From Raphidiopsis brookii D9 (GTDB lineage Bacteria; Cyanobacteriota; Cyanobacteriia; Cyanobacteriales; Nostocaceae): 32,000 nt of DNA. The position numbers and the translations under genes are program-made. The notes under the pieces are model-generated. The model was not told where the DNA came from, made no database searches, and was given only the letters and a program-made list of their open reading frames with translations. The stretch covers positions 111,801 through 143,800 of the forward strand of contig ACYB01000004.1 of assembly GCA_000175855.1 (NCBI GenBank). The letters run 5' to 3'. Positions within the stretch are counted from its first letter, which is position 1. Every line of letters begins with the position of its first letter. Of this stretch, positions 9,445-17,870 are shown one piece after another.

Positions 9445-10528
9445 AGGGAAGCACGTCTAAAAAATAGTTATTACAGATAGTACAAAACTCCTCAGAATTA
9501 TCGATCAGTGTGCGTTTCGGCAGACCTGCAGCGTCAAGCAAAATCAAGCTTAGTTGAGTACCAATATTCTTTTTATCTTTGCTAAGGGCAGCAAAAAACC
9601 TATCTCGCGGAACCTCAACCGTATGAAATCCTTCAGAATTTTTCATTAATGTGGGATGCATTCGATTAAAGTGATCATCGGAAACATGACCCAATTGCAT
9701 GGCGACGTGATTTGCAAGATCCATCCCTATAGTAACCGCAATTCCATGTGGAACAAAAAAATCAGTTGCAGCTTCTATAGCATGTCCAAAACTGTGACCG
9801 TAATTCATAACGTTGCGCGGACCAGTGTCAAATTCATCTGATTCAATAAAGGTTTTCTTTATTTCAAGCGATCGATTTATAAAATACCGAAGTAGATTAT
9901 GATCAGTTTTTAACTGATCCTGGACTGCGGCAATTTCGTCATAATGACTGGGCCCTGCAATTGCGTGAACTTTCAATATTTCTCCAATTCCCGAGCGAAA
10001 GTCGACTTCCTTAAGAGTTTTCAAGATATCAGGATCGATGGTAATCTGATTCGGTGGGCAATAGGTCCCTAGAATGTTCTTGACAGGTCCCACATTAATT
10101 GAACTTTTTGAGCCTATACAGGAATCAGCCTGGGCCAGGAGAGTTGTAGGATAAAACTCCCACGCCACCCCCCGTAGCAAAGTAGTTGCTAAAAAAGCTG
10201 TGATGTCCTGCGTGATTCCGCCACCAATAGCAATTAGCCGATGATCACGACGCATGGACTGACTGACAAGAGCTTCTACATATCCGGTGAAGCGGTCAAG
10301 AGTCTTTGCTGACTCAGTCGCCTCAATAACCAGTGCCGAACTACCACTAATAATCGGATTAAGAACTTCATGATAAATTGCAACAACGTTAGCATCAATA
10401 ATAAAGTGTCGCTTTTCATGCGATTCCAAAGCTAGAAGATGTAGCGCATTTTGCGCATATCTTACTGTGTAAGAACCACGATGAGACTGAATAACGAGTG
10501 CTTCACACACGAACGAATCCTCCATCAA
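9437..10528 (-). CDS. Divergent 3-dehydroquinate synthase-like / sugar-phosphate cyclase superfamily protein
   Basis: AroB-like order LIAIGGGITQDITAFLATTLLRGVAWEFYPTTLLAQADSCIGSKSSINVGPVKNILGTYCPP, then GIGEILK, YGHSFGHAIEA and PHGIAVTIGM. Putative metal ligands Glu/His/His are present, but the active-site context is noncanonical. Confidence 0.8.
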   Translation of the reverse strand: MMEDSFVCEALVIQSHRGSYTVRYAQNALHLLALESHEKRHFIIDANVVAIYHEVLNPIISGSSALVIEATESAKTLDRFTGYVEALVSQSMRRDHRLIAIGGGITQDITAFLATTLLRGVAWEFYPTTLLAQADSCIGSKSSINVGPVKNILGTYCPPNQITIDPDILKTLKEVDFRSGIGEILKVHAIAGPSHYDEIAAVQDQLKTDHNLLRYFINRSLEIKKTFIESDEFDTGPRNVMNYGHSFGHAIEAATDFFVPHGIAVTIGMDLANHVAMQLGHVSDDHFNRMHPTLMKNSEGFHTVEVPRDRFFAALSKDKKNIGTQLSLILLDAAGLPKRTLIDNSEEFCTICNNYFLDVLPYG

Positions 10529-11215
10529 TGACTAGCCTCTGACCACTTATGTAAGTGTTTTCTGGACTACACAGCCAGCAAACAAGCGATGCAACTTCCT
10601 CCGCTTGTCCAAGACGACGGGCTGGGATGCGATCTGCTAGGTCGGCTATCCCCTGCGTACCAAGTATACTCCGAGTTAGTTCGGTATCGATGAATCCTGG
10701 TGCCACACAATTAGCCAAAATACCGAACTGAGCAACCTCTGCGGCTAGTGCCGCTGTCATACCGTCTATGGCAAATTTGCTGGTTGAATAGGAGGCCCGA
10801 TGTTCTCTGCTAACAATGCCAAAGATCGAACTTACATTTACTATACGACCCCACCTTTGCTCCAGCATGTATGGAATTACAGCCTGACAAAGCCGAAATG
10901 GTGCACGAACATTAACTAGATGTATCAAGTCAAAGTCTTTAGGTGCTATGTTAGCAAAAGGCGCAACTTTGTTAATACCAGCATTGTTGACAAGAATATC
11001 AAACTTCGATGAACGAATTTTATCAACAAAAGACTCAGTAGCGTGAGTATCAGCAAAGTCCACTGGATAGAAACTCATGCCATCCGGTCTCTTACCACTC
11101 CTGTTTGTTCCTGTTATGGTCACAGAAGCACCTTGAACAAGCAAGCGATCTGCTATTGCAGCACCAATTCCGCGGGTTCCCCCGTCACCAAAGCCTTTCG
11201 ACCACTAAGGTTCAT
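10503..11215 (-). pseudogene. Short-chain dehydrogenase/reductase (FabG-like) with an apparent 1-nt frameshift near its N-terminus
   Basis: Track ORF 10503..11144 lacks the Rossmann TGxxxGIG motif. Upstream DNA from ATG at 11215 encodes MNLSGRKALVTG, and after shifting frame at G5 (11179..11183) GTRGIGAAIADRLLVQGASVTITG joins the ORF in phase. Could be a genuine mutation, a sequencing error or a programmed shift. Confidence 0.75.
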
Positions 11216-11224
11216 ATAAATTAA

Positions 11225-12295
11225 TTATTTATTAGCACTTTTGTCTGGCTGATCTGTAAAGTTCTCGGGGTGCATTATAAATCGTGCATTCCACTCCTTA
11301 TCGGCATGATAAATTTGCTCGACAAGTTCCATTGTTTTGTAAGCATCCCAGGAGGAACCACTTGCAACCGGTTTCTGCTCGACAATGCAATCAACAAAAG
11401 AAGATATTTCGTCTGGCCAGGAATGGTCAATATTAAATCTAGTCATCTGTTCCCTGGGATCCCCACCATCGTTCTCATCTGCATAAACTACGGTGATCGT
11501 TTCTGCACCATAACTACGACTATTTGTGAGGATGCCGGATAGCATGATTGCTCCTCGTCCCAAGGTGATATCAAGCTGAAATCGGTGACGCCACTGTGTG
11601 GCAGATGAGTGAAGCATGGCGACTATTCCGGAATAAGTTCGCATAAGTACGTAGGCATTATCTTCGACATCATGATGCCAGAAATCATTCTTGACGAAGC
11701 TGTAAACATCAGAGAACTCTCCAGCAAATAGTCGCATCATATCTACCATGTGGATGCCCTGGTCAAGAAGGATTCCACCCCCGGCTTTGTCTCTCTGAGT
11801 GCGCCATTCGTTGGTGTCAAAGCGGATAATTTTTGACTTGCCATAGACACCGCGTAAGTCCAGCACCTTCCCCAATTCTCCACTTTGAATAATACGCAGT
11901 GCCTCCTGAACTGAATCGTGGTAACGATGATTGAAACCATACATAAGCCGTTGATCAGGATGGCGTTTTTCACATTCAATTACAGCACGGATGTCATCGA
12001 CATTTCTTCCAGGCGGCTTCTCGCAAAAAACGTGTAGTCCCCGCTCAAGACCAGCTATTGTAACGGTAGGTGCCAGGTAATTTGGTAGACAGACAAATAG
12101 GATGTCTATGGATTCTTTAATCAGACTATCAAAATCAGGGTAAAAACGGACACCATCATCAAACTTGCCTGCTTCCGCAAAGCTCCTGTCACAAACAGCA
12201 ACAACCTCAAGTTTGGGATGAAGGTTGGAATACTTATGGCGAACTTTTCCAATGATCCCATAACCCGCAATACCGACCTTTAACTTACCGCCCAT
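11225..12295 (-). CDS. Gfo/Idh/MocA-family NAD(P)-dependent oxidoreductase
   Basis: LKVGIAGYGIIGKVRHKYSNLHPKLEVVAVCD, HVFCEKPPGRNVDD, GGILLDQGIHMVDMMRLFAGE. Confidence 0.92.
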   Translation of the reverse strand: MGGKLKVGIAGYGIIGKVRHKYSNLHPKLEVVAVCDRSFAEAGKFDDGVRFYPDFDSLIKESIDILFVCLPNYLAPTVTIAGLERGLHVFCEKPPGRNVDDIRAVIECEKRHPDQRLMYGFNHRYHDSVQEALRIIQSGELGKVLDLRGVYGKSKIIRFDTNEWRTQRDKAGGGILLDQGIHMVDMMRLFAGEFSDVYSFVKNDFWHHDVEDNAYVLMRTYSGIVAMLHSSATQWRHRFQLDITLGRGAIMLSGILTNSRSYGAETITVVYADENDGGDPREQMTRFNIDHSWPDEISSFVDCIVEQKPVASGSSWDAYKTMELVEQIYHADKEWNARFIMHPENFTDQPDKSANK

Positions 12296-12298
12296 ATC

Positions 12299-13846
12299 TC
12301 AGCACCTTTTTTTCGAAAGTTCTTGATACCAGCCTACAGCCGATTCCAATCCGTCCCGTAATATAGCACAATCAACTCTATAGGAAACAAACCGAAACCC
12401 AGCATCAAGTAGCAGTTCTATATATTTGGGGTCACGCGCAACCGATCCAGCGGCTAAACCGCAGTCTTCAATCAGCTTTACATAGTCGCGCATGATTCGA
12501 AGGACCTTAGTATTTGTAAGGTCACCCGGTACGCCACAGGACTGAGACAGATCATAGACTCCAAGATAGATCATGTCCAAACCCGGGACTTTAGCAATTT
12601 CTGGAATATTGCTAACCCCCTCTACACCCTCAACAAGTATGCCAACAAGCATTTGTTCATTCGCATATTGGAGCTTTTGCGGCAAGTTTTGATCAGAATA
12701 GCCATGGTTTCTTGTAAAGGGTGACAGCCCCCGATCGCCGTCGGGGAAATACTTACATGACTTAACAATGCGCTCGGCTTGGCTCGCTGTTGACACTTGG
12801 GAGACAAGTATAGACTGGGCACCAATTTCCAAAGCATGAAGGATATGAGGCGCGTGATCTTCAGCAAGCCGAATAATCGGTTCAATGCCACCAGACTCCG
12901 CAGCATAAAGTTGGTTCTCAGCCGTCTCGAAACTGGTAGGTCCGTGTTCCAAATCAACAATCACGAAGTCGAGACCAGTTGTTGCTATTACGTTTAGCAC
13001 TGCTGGGGAAGACAGCATAGACCAGGTCCCAAAAACTCGCCCTCCGGATTTTAGGGTCTCTTTAACCTTATTAATTTTCTCACGTGTTTGCTTTCCTGAA
13101 TAGGATGGGTAAAAAGGGTCACTACGCATCGCATTCTCCGCTTCTAATCGATCCGGTTCAGTATCAACTGATACACTTTGGAAGCTAGAATGAATTGCCC
13201 GAACCTTGATGCCATGTTCGACGGCGCGAAGAAGCTCGATAGACTCGACTTTTTCGTAAGGCATCATTTCCATTGATTCAAAGTCAACCAGAAACTTCTT
13301 GCGGAAAGGCATAATCGCTACCTGTTTGAGACGAGGACCAATCTGGCTTCGTGTATTTGAAGGGACAGGACTGCGAGTCATGAATAGTATGTTATCAAAT
13401 TTGTCGACAAGTACCTTGACTTCGTTTGAATCGAGCCACTCGTTTTCATTTGCTTCTGCAACAAGGGTTCCAAGCTGGATATGGGGATCCTTTAATAGGG
13501 GTTCAACTGCGAGGTTGATCATGTCTGGATGAACAAGCGGTTCATCTCCTTGAACCACCACTACAATATCGTCGTCTGCAAGGTTGAGTTGTTTGCATGC
13601 CTCGGCAACACGGAGACCAGGTCTGGAAATATCTGGATGAGTCATCAGAGCCTGAGCTCCAAATTTTTCAACAGTGTCTTTAAGAATTTTGTCGCAGCAT
13701 GCGATGAAAATAGAATCTATGTTCTTGGCTAATAAACAACGCCTGTATACGTGCTCAATCATGGGCATACCTAGTATGTCGCAAAGAGGTTTGCCCGGAA
13801 ATCTAGATGCCCCCATTCGGGCTGGGATACCGACAACTACTTTCAT
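12299..13846 (-). CDS. Fusion protein: N-terminal CMP-KDO synthetase-like cytidylyltransferase + C-terminal HpcH/HpaI-family aldolase
   Basis: N-term MKVVVGIPARMGASRFPGKPLCDILGMPMIEHVYRR...VVVVQGDEPLVHP (KdsB-like); C-term GRVFGTWSMLSSPAVLNVIATTGLDFVIVDLEHGPTSF...LDMIYLGVYDLSQSCGVPG (HpaI-like). One uninterrupted 515-aa frame. Confidence 0.9.
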   Translation of the reverse strand: MKVVVGIPARMGASRFPGKPLCDILGMPMIEHVYRRCLLAKNIDSIFIACCDKILKDTVEKFGAQALMTHPDISRPGLRVAEACKQLNLADDDIVVVVQGDEPLVHPDMINLAVEPLLKDPHIQLGTLVAEANENEWLDSNEVKVLVDKFDNILFMTRSPVPSNTRSQIGPRLKQVAIMPFRKKFLVDFESMEMMPYEKVESIELLRAVEHGIKVRAIHSSFQSVSVDTEPDRLEAENAMRSDPFYPSYSGKQTREKINKVKETLKSGGRVFGTWSMLSSPAVLNVIATTGLDFVIVDLEHGPTSFETAENQLYAAESGGIEPIIRLAEDHAPHILHALEIGAQSILVSQVSTASQAERIVKSCKYFPDGDRGLSPFTRNHGYSDQNLPQKLQYANEQMLVGILVEGVEGVSNIPEIAKVPGLDMIYLGVYDLSQSCGVPGDLTNTKVLRIMRDYVKLIEDCGLAAGSVARDPKYIELLLDAGFRFVSYRVDCAILRDGLESAVGWYQELSKKRC

Positions 13847-13848
13847 CT

Positions 13849-14643
13849 TTAGAAACTCCTTCGAATCGGCAATGTCCGTACAAATCGATTGGTCAACTCT
13901 CCTAGCCCGGAAACGCGGGCTGTGTAAATATCGTCATCACCAAGAAAACGCATACCCACGGTATCAGGAGGATTGCCAGTCAGCACTAAGTCCCAAGGAT
14001 TAAGGGTCATCCAGGTCGACAACCAGGAGATAATACGCTGCCACTGCCAGAACTGATCACTTGAACGACCTCTGCGGATTACCTCACCGTTCTGTATTGC
14101 TTCAATCACACAATCGGATGCGTCAAATTCGGTGTCAATCCAGGGACCTACTGCGCAAAATTTATCTGCACACTTGGATCGTGCTAAGTGATGGTCACGG
14201 TGATCAACGTTTTCCACCGTAGTATCATTAGCAATAGTGAAGCCAAGAATGCCTTCGCGAGCTTCGCAGTCGGAAATGTTACGCAGCCTTTTGCCAATTA
14301 CAACTGCTAGTTCGGCTTCGCCCCACCAAGAAAGCCCAGGAAAAGGATTCTCTACTGTATCCCCTGGACCGCAAATGCACGAAGGTGGCTTGACAAATAC
14401 CAAGGGTTCGGACATGGTGGGTGAAAAATGAAGGATGCCAGGAAAGTTGATTGCGACACAAATAATCTTAGCAGGCTGGCACGGAGAGACCAGTCGCAAG
14501 TCCTCAATGCTACCTACCATTTTTCCAGCGTGGGTATTTCCAGATAGAATATCTCCCTCCAACTCAAATACATTACCGTCTTTGACTACACCATTGTGTA
14601 CGCCCCCTGGGGGGTTATGAGTAACGTAACGAACAATTTTCAT
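13849..14643 (-). CDS. Fumarylacetoacetate hydrolase (FAH)-family enzyme
   Basis: IICVAINF...PLVFVKPPSCICGPGDTVENPFPGLSWWGEAELAVVIGKRLRNIS, GFTIANDTTVEN, VLTGNPPDTVG. Confidence 0.85.
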   Translation of the reverse strand: MKIVRYVTHNPPGGVHNGVVKDGNVFELEGDILSGNTHAGKMVGSIEDLRLVSPCQPAKIICVAINFPGILHFSPTMSEPLVFVKPPSCICGPGDTVENPFPGLSWWGEAELAVVIGKRLRNISDCEAREGILGFTIANDTTVENVDHRDHHLARSKCADKFCAVGPWIDTEFDASDCVIEAIQNGEVIRRGRSSDQFWQWQRIISWLSTWMTLNPWDLVLTGNPPDTVGMRFLGDDDIYTARVSGLGELTNRFVRTLPIRRSF

Positions 14644-14691
14644 GTAAAACTCCTATCTATAAAGATTTAGATCAACCGGCAACCAAACGCC

Positions 14692-15297
14692 TCAAGCAAT
14701 TAACCTAGCCTTGGGAATAGGTTTAACCTCTAAATCTTTACCTAAGACCTCACATAACCACTGCATACAGATATGTCCCACAATCAACTGTAAGTCCTCG
14801 GCAATTTGCATATCATTCACCGGAAAGTGAATAGGAATTTGGGCCAAGTCCTTACACCTTCCCCCAGAAAATCCTAAAATAGCACAGGTCACCATACCTA
14901 AATTATTACCTACCTCCAATGCCTTAACTACATTAGGAGAATTACCACTGCCAGATAAAACAATTAGCACGTCACCTATTTCTGCTTTAACTCGTAGTTG
15001 CTGAGCATAAATTTGCTCATAGCCCAAGTCATTAGCCAAACAGGTCAGAATGGCCGAGTTAGCTGCTAATGCCTCTACACGAAGACCTAAACCAGCCTGC
15101 ATCCCTGCACCATAAATCAAGTCATTGGCTAAATGAACCGCATTACCTGCACTTCCTCCGTTACCACAAAGGTAAACGACTTTTCCTTGAAGCCAGGCAT
15201 TTCTTAATGCTTCTCCCAGATTCGGGATCAACTGCATTGCTTGTTGATCCAGTGCATACTTGAGGCTATCAGCATAACTTTGAATATAGTTGTACAT
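14692..15297 (-). CDS. gmhA: SIS-domain phosphoheptose isomerase-like protein
   Basis: VYLCGNGGSAGNAVHLANDLIYG, VLIVLSGSGNSPNVVKALEVG, AEDLQLIVGHI. Confidence 0.8.
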   Translation of the reverse strand: MYNYIQSYADSLKYALDQQAMQLIPNLGEALRNAWLQGKVVYLCGNGGSAGNAVHLANDLIYGAGMQAGLGLRVEALAANSAILTCLANDLGYEQIYAQQLRVKAEIGDVLIVLSGSGNSPNVVKALEVGNNLGMVTCAILGFSGGRCKDLAQIPIHFPVNDMQIAEDLQLIVGHICMQWLCEVLGKDLEVKPIPKARLIA

Positions 15298-15386
15298 CTA
15301 TATTGGCAATCCTTATAACAGTCTAATAGTCCTAATCAATCCTAATAGTCTTTTTGAACTTTGTGCCTTATCGTCGATTATGGAAT

Positions 15387-15410
15387 CGGAAAAAGGCGAG
15401 CGCCGTTTTC
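15387..15410. promoter_or_regulatory. Near-perfect hairpin GGAAAAaGGCG-AG-CGCCgTTTTCC
   Basis: 10 of 11 arm positions pair around a 2-nt centre, in the 605-bp intergenic gap. No clear T-tract, so terminator versus other role is unresolved. Confidence 0.4.
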
Positions 15411-15521
15411 CACCATTTACTTGTTAATAGAATAACATTGGTTACTTGATTATGTGGGACTAGAATTTTATGTGAGTCAAATTTGTTTTCTAAGCTTGTT
15501 AACACTGTATATACAGGAATA

Positions 15522-15750
15522 ATCTTTGCGCAGCTCAACTACTGGGTAGCGAGTTGGGGGGAAGGAACCGAGATCCACTAGACCATCAAAGCTCAGCTTC
15601 TCAATATAAAATGAGTTATTATTTTATTATTCAGTTTTTTGATTTGCCAAACCCAATGTTATTTTATGGATTATTACATCTTCTAACATGAAACCAGGTG
15701 AGATGCAACACTTAATTTACAATAAAATTTCTAGTCCTTTTTTTTACAAG
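15522..15750 (-). repeat. Dispersed noncoding element, copy 1 of 3
   Basis: Core GCTCAACTACTGGGTAGCGAGTTGGGGGGAAGGAACCGAGATCCACTAGACCATCAAAGCTCAGCTTCT (15533..~15601) plus distal block ATGAAACCAGGTGAGATGCAACACTTAATT (15688..~15717). Matches copies near 26.9 and 28.9 kb. Confidence 0.85.
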
Positions 15751-15807
15751 TTTATACAAGCATGGATGTAACATCCAGGTCATCGCCTTTAGGTAGTGAG
15801 GTAAAAA

Positions 15808-15842
15808 GGCGATCTCGCGAGTGCGAGTACTTCGCGATCGCC
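15808..15842. repeat. HIP1-containing imperfect palindrome GGCGATCTCGCGAGTGCGAGTACTTCGCGATCGCC
   Basis: Self-complementary ends; a diverged copy is at 31911..31945. Confidence 0.7.
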
Positions 15843-15902
15843 TGTCGAAAAACCTTTTGCCTCAAATAAAGGTTCTAATTATTGTGTCAGATGCTTGATG
15901 GT

Positions 15903-17105
15903 CTACTTTAAAGACCTTGCATAATCCGCAAATATATCCCAGCAAGTTTTTTCAGGAGCTAGGGGACTTTTAATATAAGAATCAAGGTATAGTTTATATG
16001 CTTGTTGATTTACTTCCAATTCAGCTTGCCAGTCAATATTCCCAGGGTCGTCGAGATTAATTTGCCCTTTGCCAAGACTATGAGCTATGGCATTATATTG
16101 TTGCTTTAAGGGGTATTGAGCGTAATTTTCAATACAGTTCAGAGTAATAAATAGTATTGGCTTACGGTAAATAACTGCAAAGCTAACGGATGTACTTCCA
16201 TGAGTGATCACACATTTTGAATTTTTCACAAGATCTTGTGTCGCACCGCGTACAACCCTCCTGCCATCAAAATAGTCGGGGTGGCTTTCATAGTGAGATC
16301 TGGGATGGGCTGCTATTACAACCCTACTGTCAAAGACATTCTCCAATTTTTCAAAAAACTCGACTAATTTCGGGTAATATTGTTGGTGATCACATGGTGC
16401 AGTAACCCCCATATGCAAATAGTCTGAATGGAAAGGAAGATATTCATCTAGAAAGACAATATTACCTTTGTATTGACTGTCAATATTGGAGTCTCCCTGT
16501 TCATTTTGAAGATACAAGTCATAGTCAAATGTACAACCGTGAATCACATTAGTGATTTTGCCAATTGGCTTTCTTCCTCCTGACTTCTCCCCTGCTAGAA
16601 TTAGGAAATTCATTGGTTTAATACCCAATAGTTTTGCGGGAAGCTTACTAAAAATACCTCTAGTTAAAGACGAGGGATCTCTAAAAAGTTTTAACACAAT
16701 CCTTGATATCAGATAGTCAAGTTTTCTTTTCGTGTGTTCCAAACCAAATGCAGAGGGTAAAGTCCCCGATGCAATAGAACCGTACACTAGATTCCTGGAT
16801 GAGATGGCCTTATAAATTTCCCAAGTTCTAATTTGGTAAGACACAAAAGTAACTATCAATGTTTTTTGGTAGTTTAGCTTTTCTATAGACTCTATCAGAG
16901 AATTTTTGCTGTAGAAAAGTCTCAACCCATCAAAAGTAAAACTATCGGGAGGAATGTACTTCTCTGAAACAATTGGATTTAGAAAGGGGGTAAGATCCCA
17001 AAACTCAACATCGAAACCACTTTTAATTAAAGTCTCACTTCCAAACCTTTTGTAATCCCTTTTATTAAATGGAGATTCTATTAAAAAAATAATGTTTTTG
17101 ATCAT
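15903..17105 (-). CDS. Putative surface-carbohydrate transferase-like protein (weak GT-B/polysialyltransferase-like signature)
   Basis: VVIAAHPRSHYESHPDYFDGRR...DLVKNSKCVITHGSTSVSFAVIYRKPILFIT; located next to the CMP-sugar synthetase. Confidence 0.5.
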   Translation of the reverse strand: MIKNIIFLIESPFNKRDYKRFGSETLIKSGFDVEFWDLTPFLNPIVSEKYIPPDSFTFDGLRLFYSKNSLIESIEKLNYQKTLIVTFVSYQIRTWEIYKAISSRNLVYGSIASGTLPSAFGLEHTKRKLDYLISRIVLKLFRDPSSLTRGIFSKLPAKLLGIKPMNFLILAGEKSGGRKPIGKITNVIHGCTFDYDLYLQNEQGDSNIDSQYKGNIVFLDEYLPFHSDYLHMGVTAPCDHQQYYPKLVEFFEKLENVFDSRVVIAAHPRSHYESHPDYFDGRRVVRGATQDLVKNSKCVITHGSTSVSFAVIYRKPILFITLNCIENYAQYPLKQQYNAIAHSLGKGQINLDDPGNIDWQAELEVNQQAYKLYLDSYIKSPLAPEKTCWDIFADYARSLK

Positions 17106-17156
17106 AACAAAGTTATAAAATACAAAGTTATAAAATCTCGGAAATAATCGGCGATT

Positions 17157-17870
17157 TCATGCTTTCCGGAGCAAAAATTCTGCCCAATATAAGTCCGGTA
17201 ACTCATCAATTTCCAGTCCCTGTTCCGCATCTATCTCATACATGAATGTTGAACTGTTCACAAAACTCCTATTTTCTTCTATGAAATCTAAGGATGCAAT
17301 ATAGATTGACCCATTAATATAGTAAAATGACTCTTTATAGTCCTGTCTTCTATTTGAAGATCGGGTGTAATCTGTGAGGTAAGACCATTTTTGTCCAATA
17401 CCTCTTATACAATCGTATGGATGTTCTCTCATCTTATGAACACTTGTGAGACTTTGTAGTTGATTCGATAAGTAAAAATTGACTGCCAAATCTATATCTT
17501 CTGCTGTCCTTAAAGGACTTGTAGGTTGAAGGAGTACTATAGTTTTAGGAATGAAACTATCATGCAGTTCAATCCATTGTAATAAGTCAATTACAGATTC
17601 TATAACTTCAGACTCATCCGTAGCCAGTTTTGCTGGGCGTTTATAGGAAGAGTATAAACCTAGAGATCTACCTAAGCTAATAATGTCTTCGTCATCAGAT
17701 GAAAGCATAACTTTACTAATTGATTTAGCTGCCTTAGCCGCTTCTATTGTGTAAGCTAGAAGCGGTTTACCATTAAGCTCAATTAGGTTCTTTTTAGGAA
17801 TTCCCTTTGACCCTCCTCTAGCAGGTATAATAGCTAATACAGGTTGTGCATTCAACGACATATCTTTCAT
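17157..17870 (-). CDS. legF: CMP-N-acetylneuraminate/legionaminate synthetase-like cytidylyltransferase
   Basis: PVLAIIPARGGSKGIPKKNLIELNGKPLLAYTIEAAKAAKSISKVMLSSDDEDI...VLLQPTSPLRTAEDID. The Leg-specific assignment rests on genomic context. Confidence 0.85.
   Translation of the reverse strand: MKDMSLNAQPVLAIIPARGGSKGIPKKNLIELNGKPLLAYTIEAAKAAKSISKVMLSSDDEDIISLGRSLGLYSSYKRPAKLATDESEVIESVIDLLQWIELHDSFIPKTIVLLQPTSPLRTAEDIDLAVNFYLSNQLQSLTSVHKMREHPYDCIRGIGQKWSYLTDYTRSSNRRQDYKESFYYINGSIYIASLDFIEENRSFVNSSTFMYEIDAEQGLEIDELPDLYWAEFLLRKA

Noticed and set aside
12622-12960. Minus-strand 112-aa ORF inside the fusion gene
   Set aside because: Out-of-frame overlap within the strongly supported KdsB-HpaI fusion; translation looks random.
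12299-13846. Possibility that the KdsB-HpaI fusion is two genes merged by a sequence error
   Set aside because: The frame is open across both complete domains without an obvious internal start, homopolymer slip or domain truncation at the junction; the finding stands pending read-level confirmation.
15321-15350. Short repeated CTAATAGTC / TCCTAAT motif
   Set aside because: Only two partial units; too short to separate from chance or a minor intergenic repeat.
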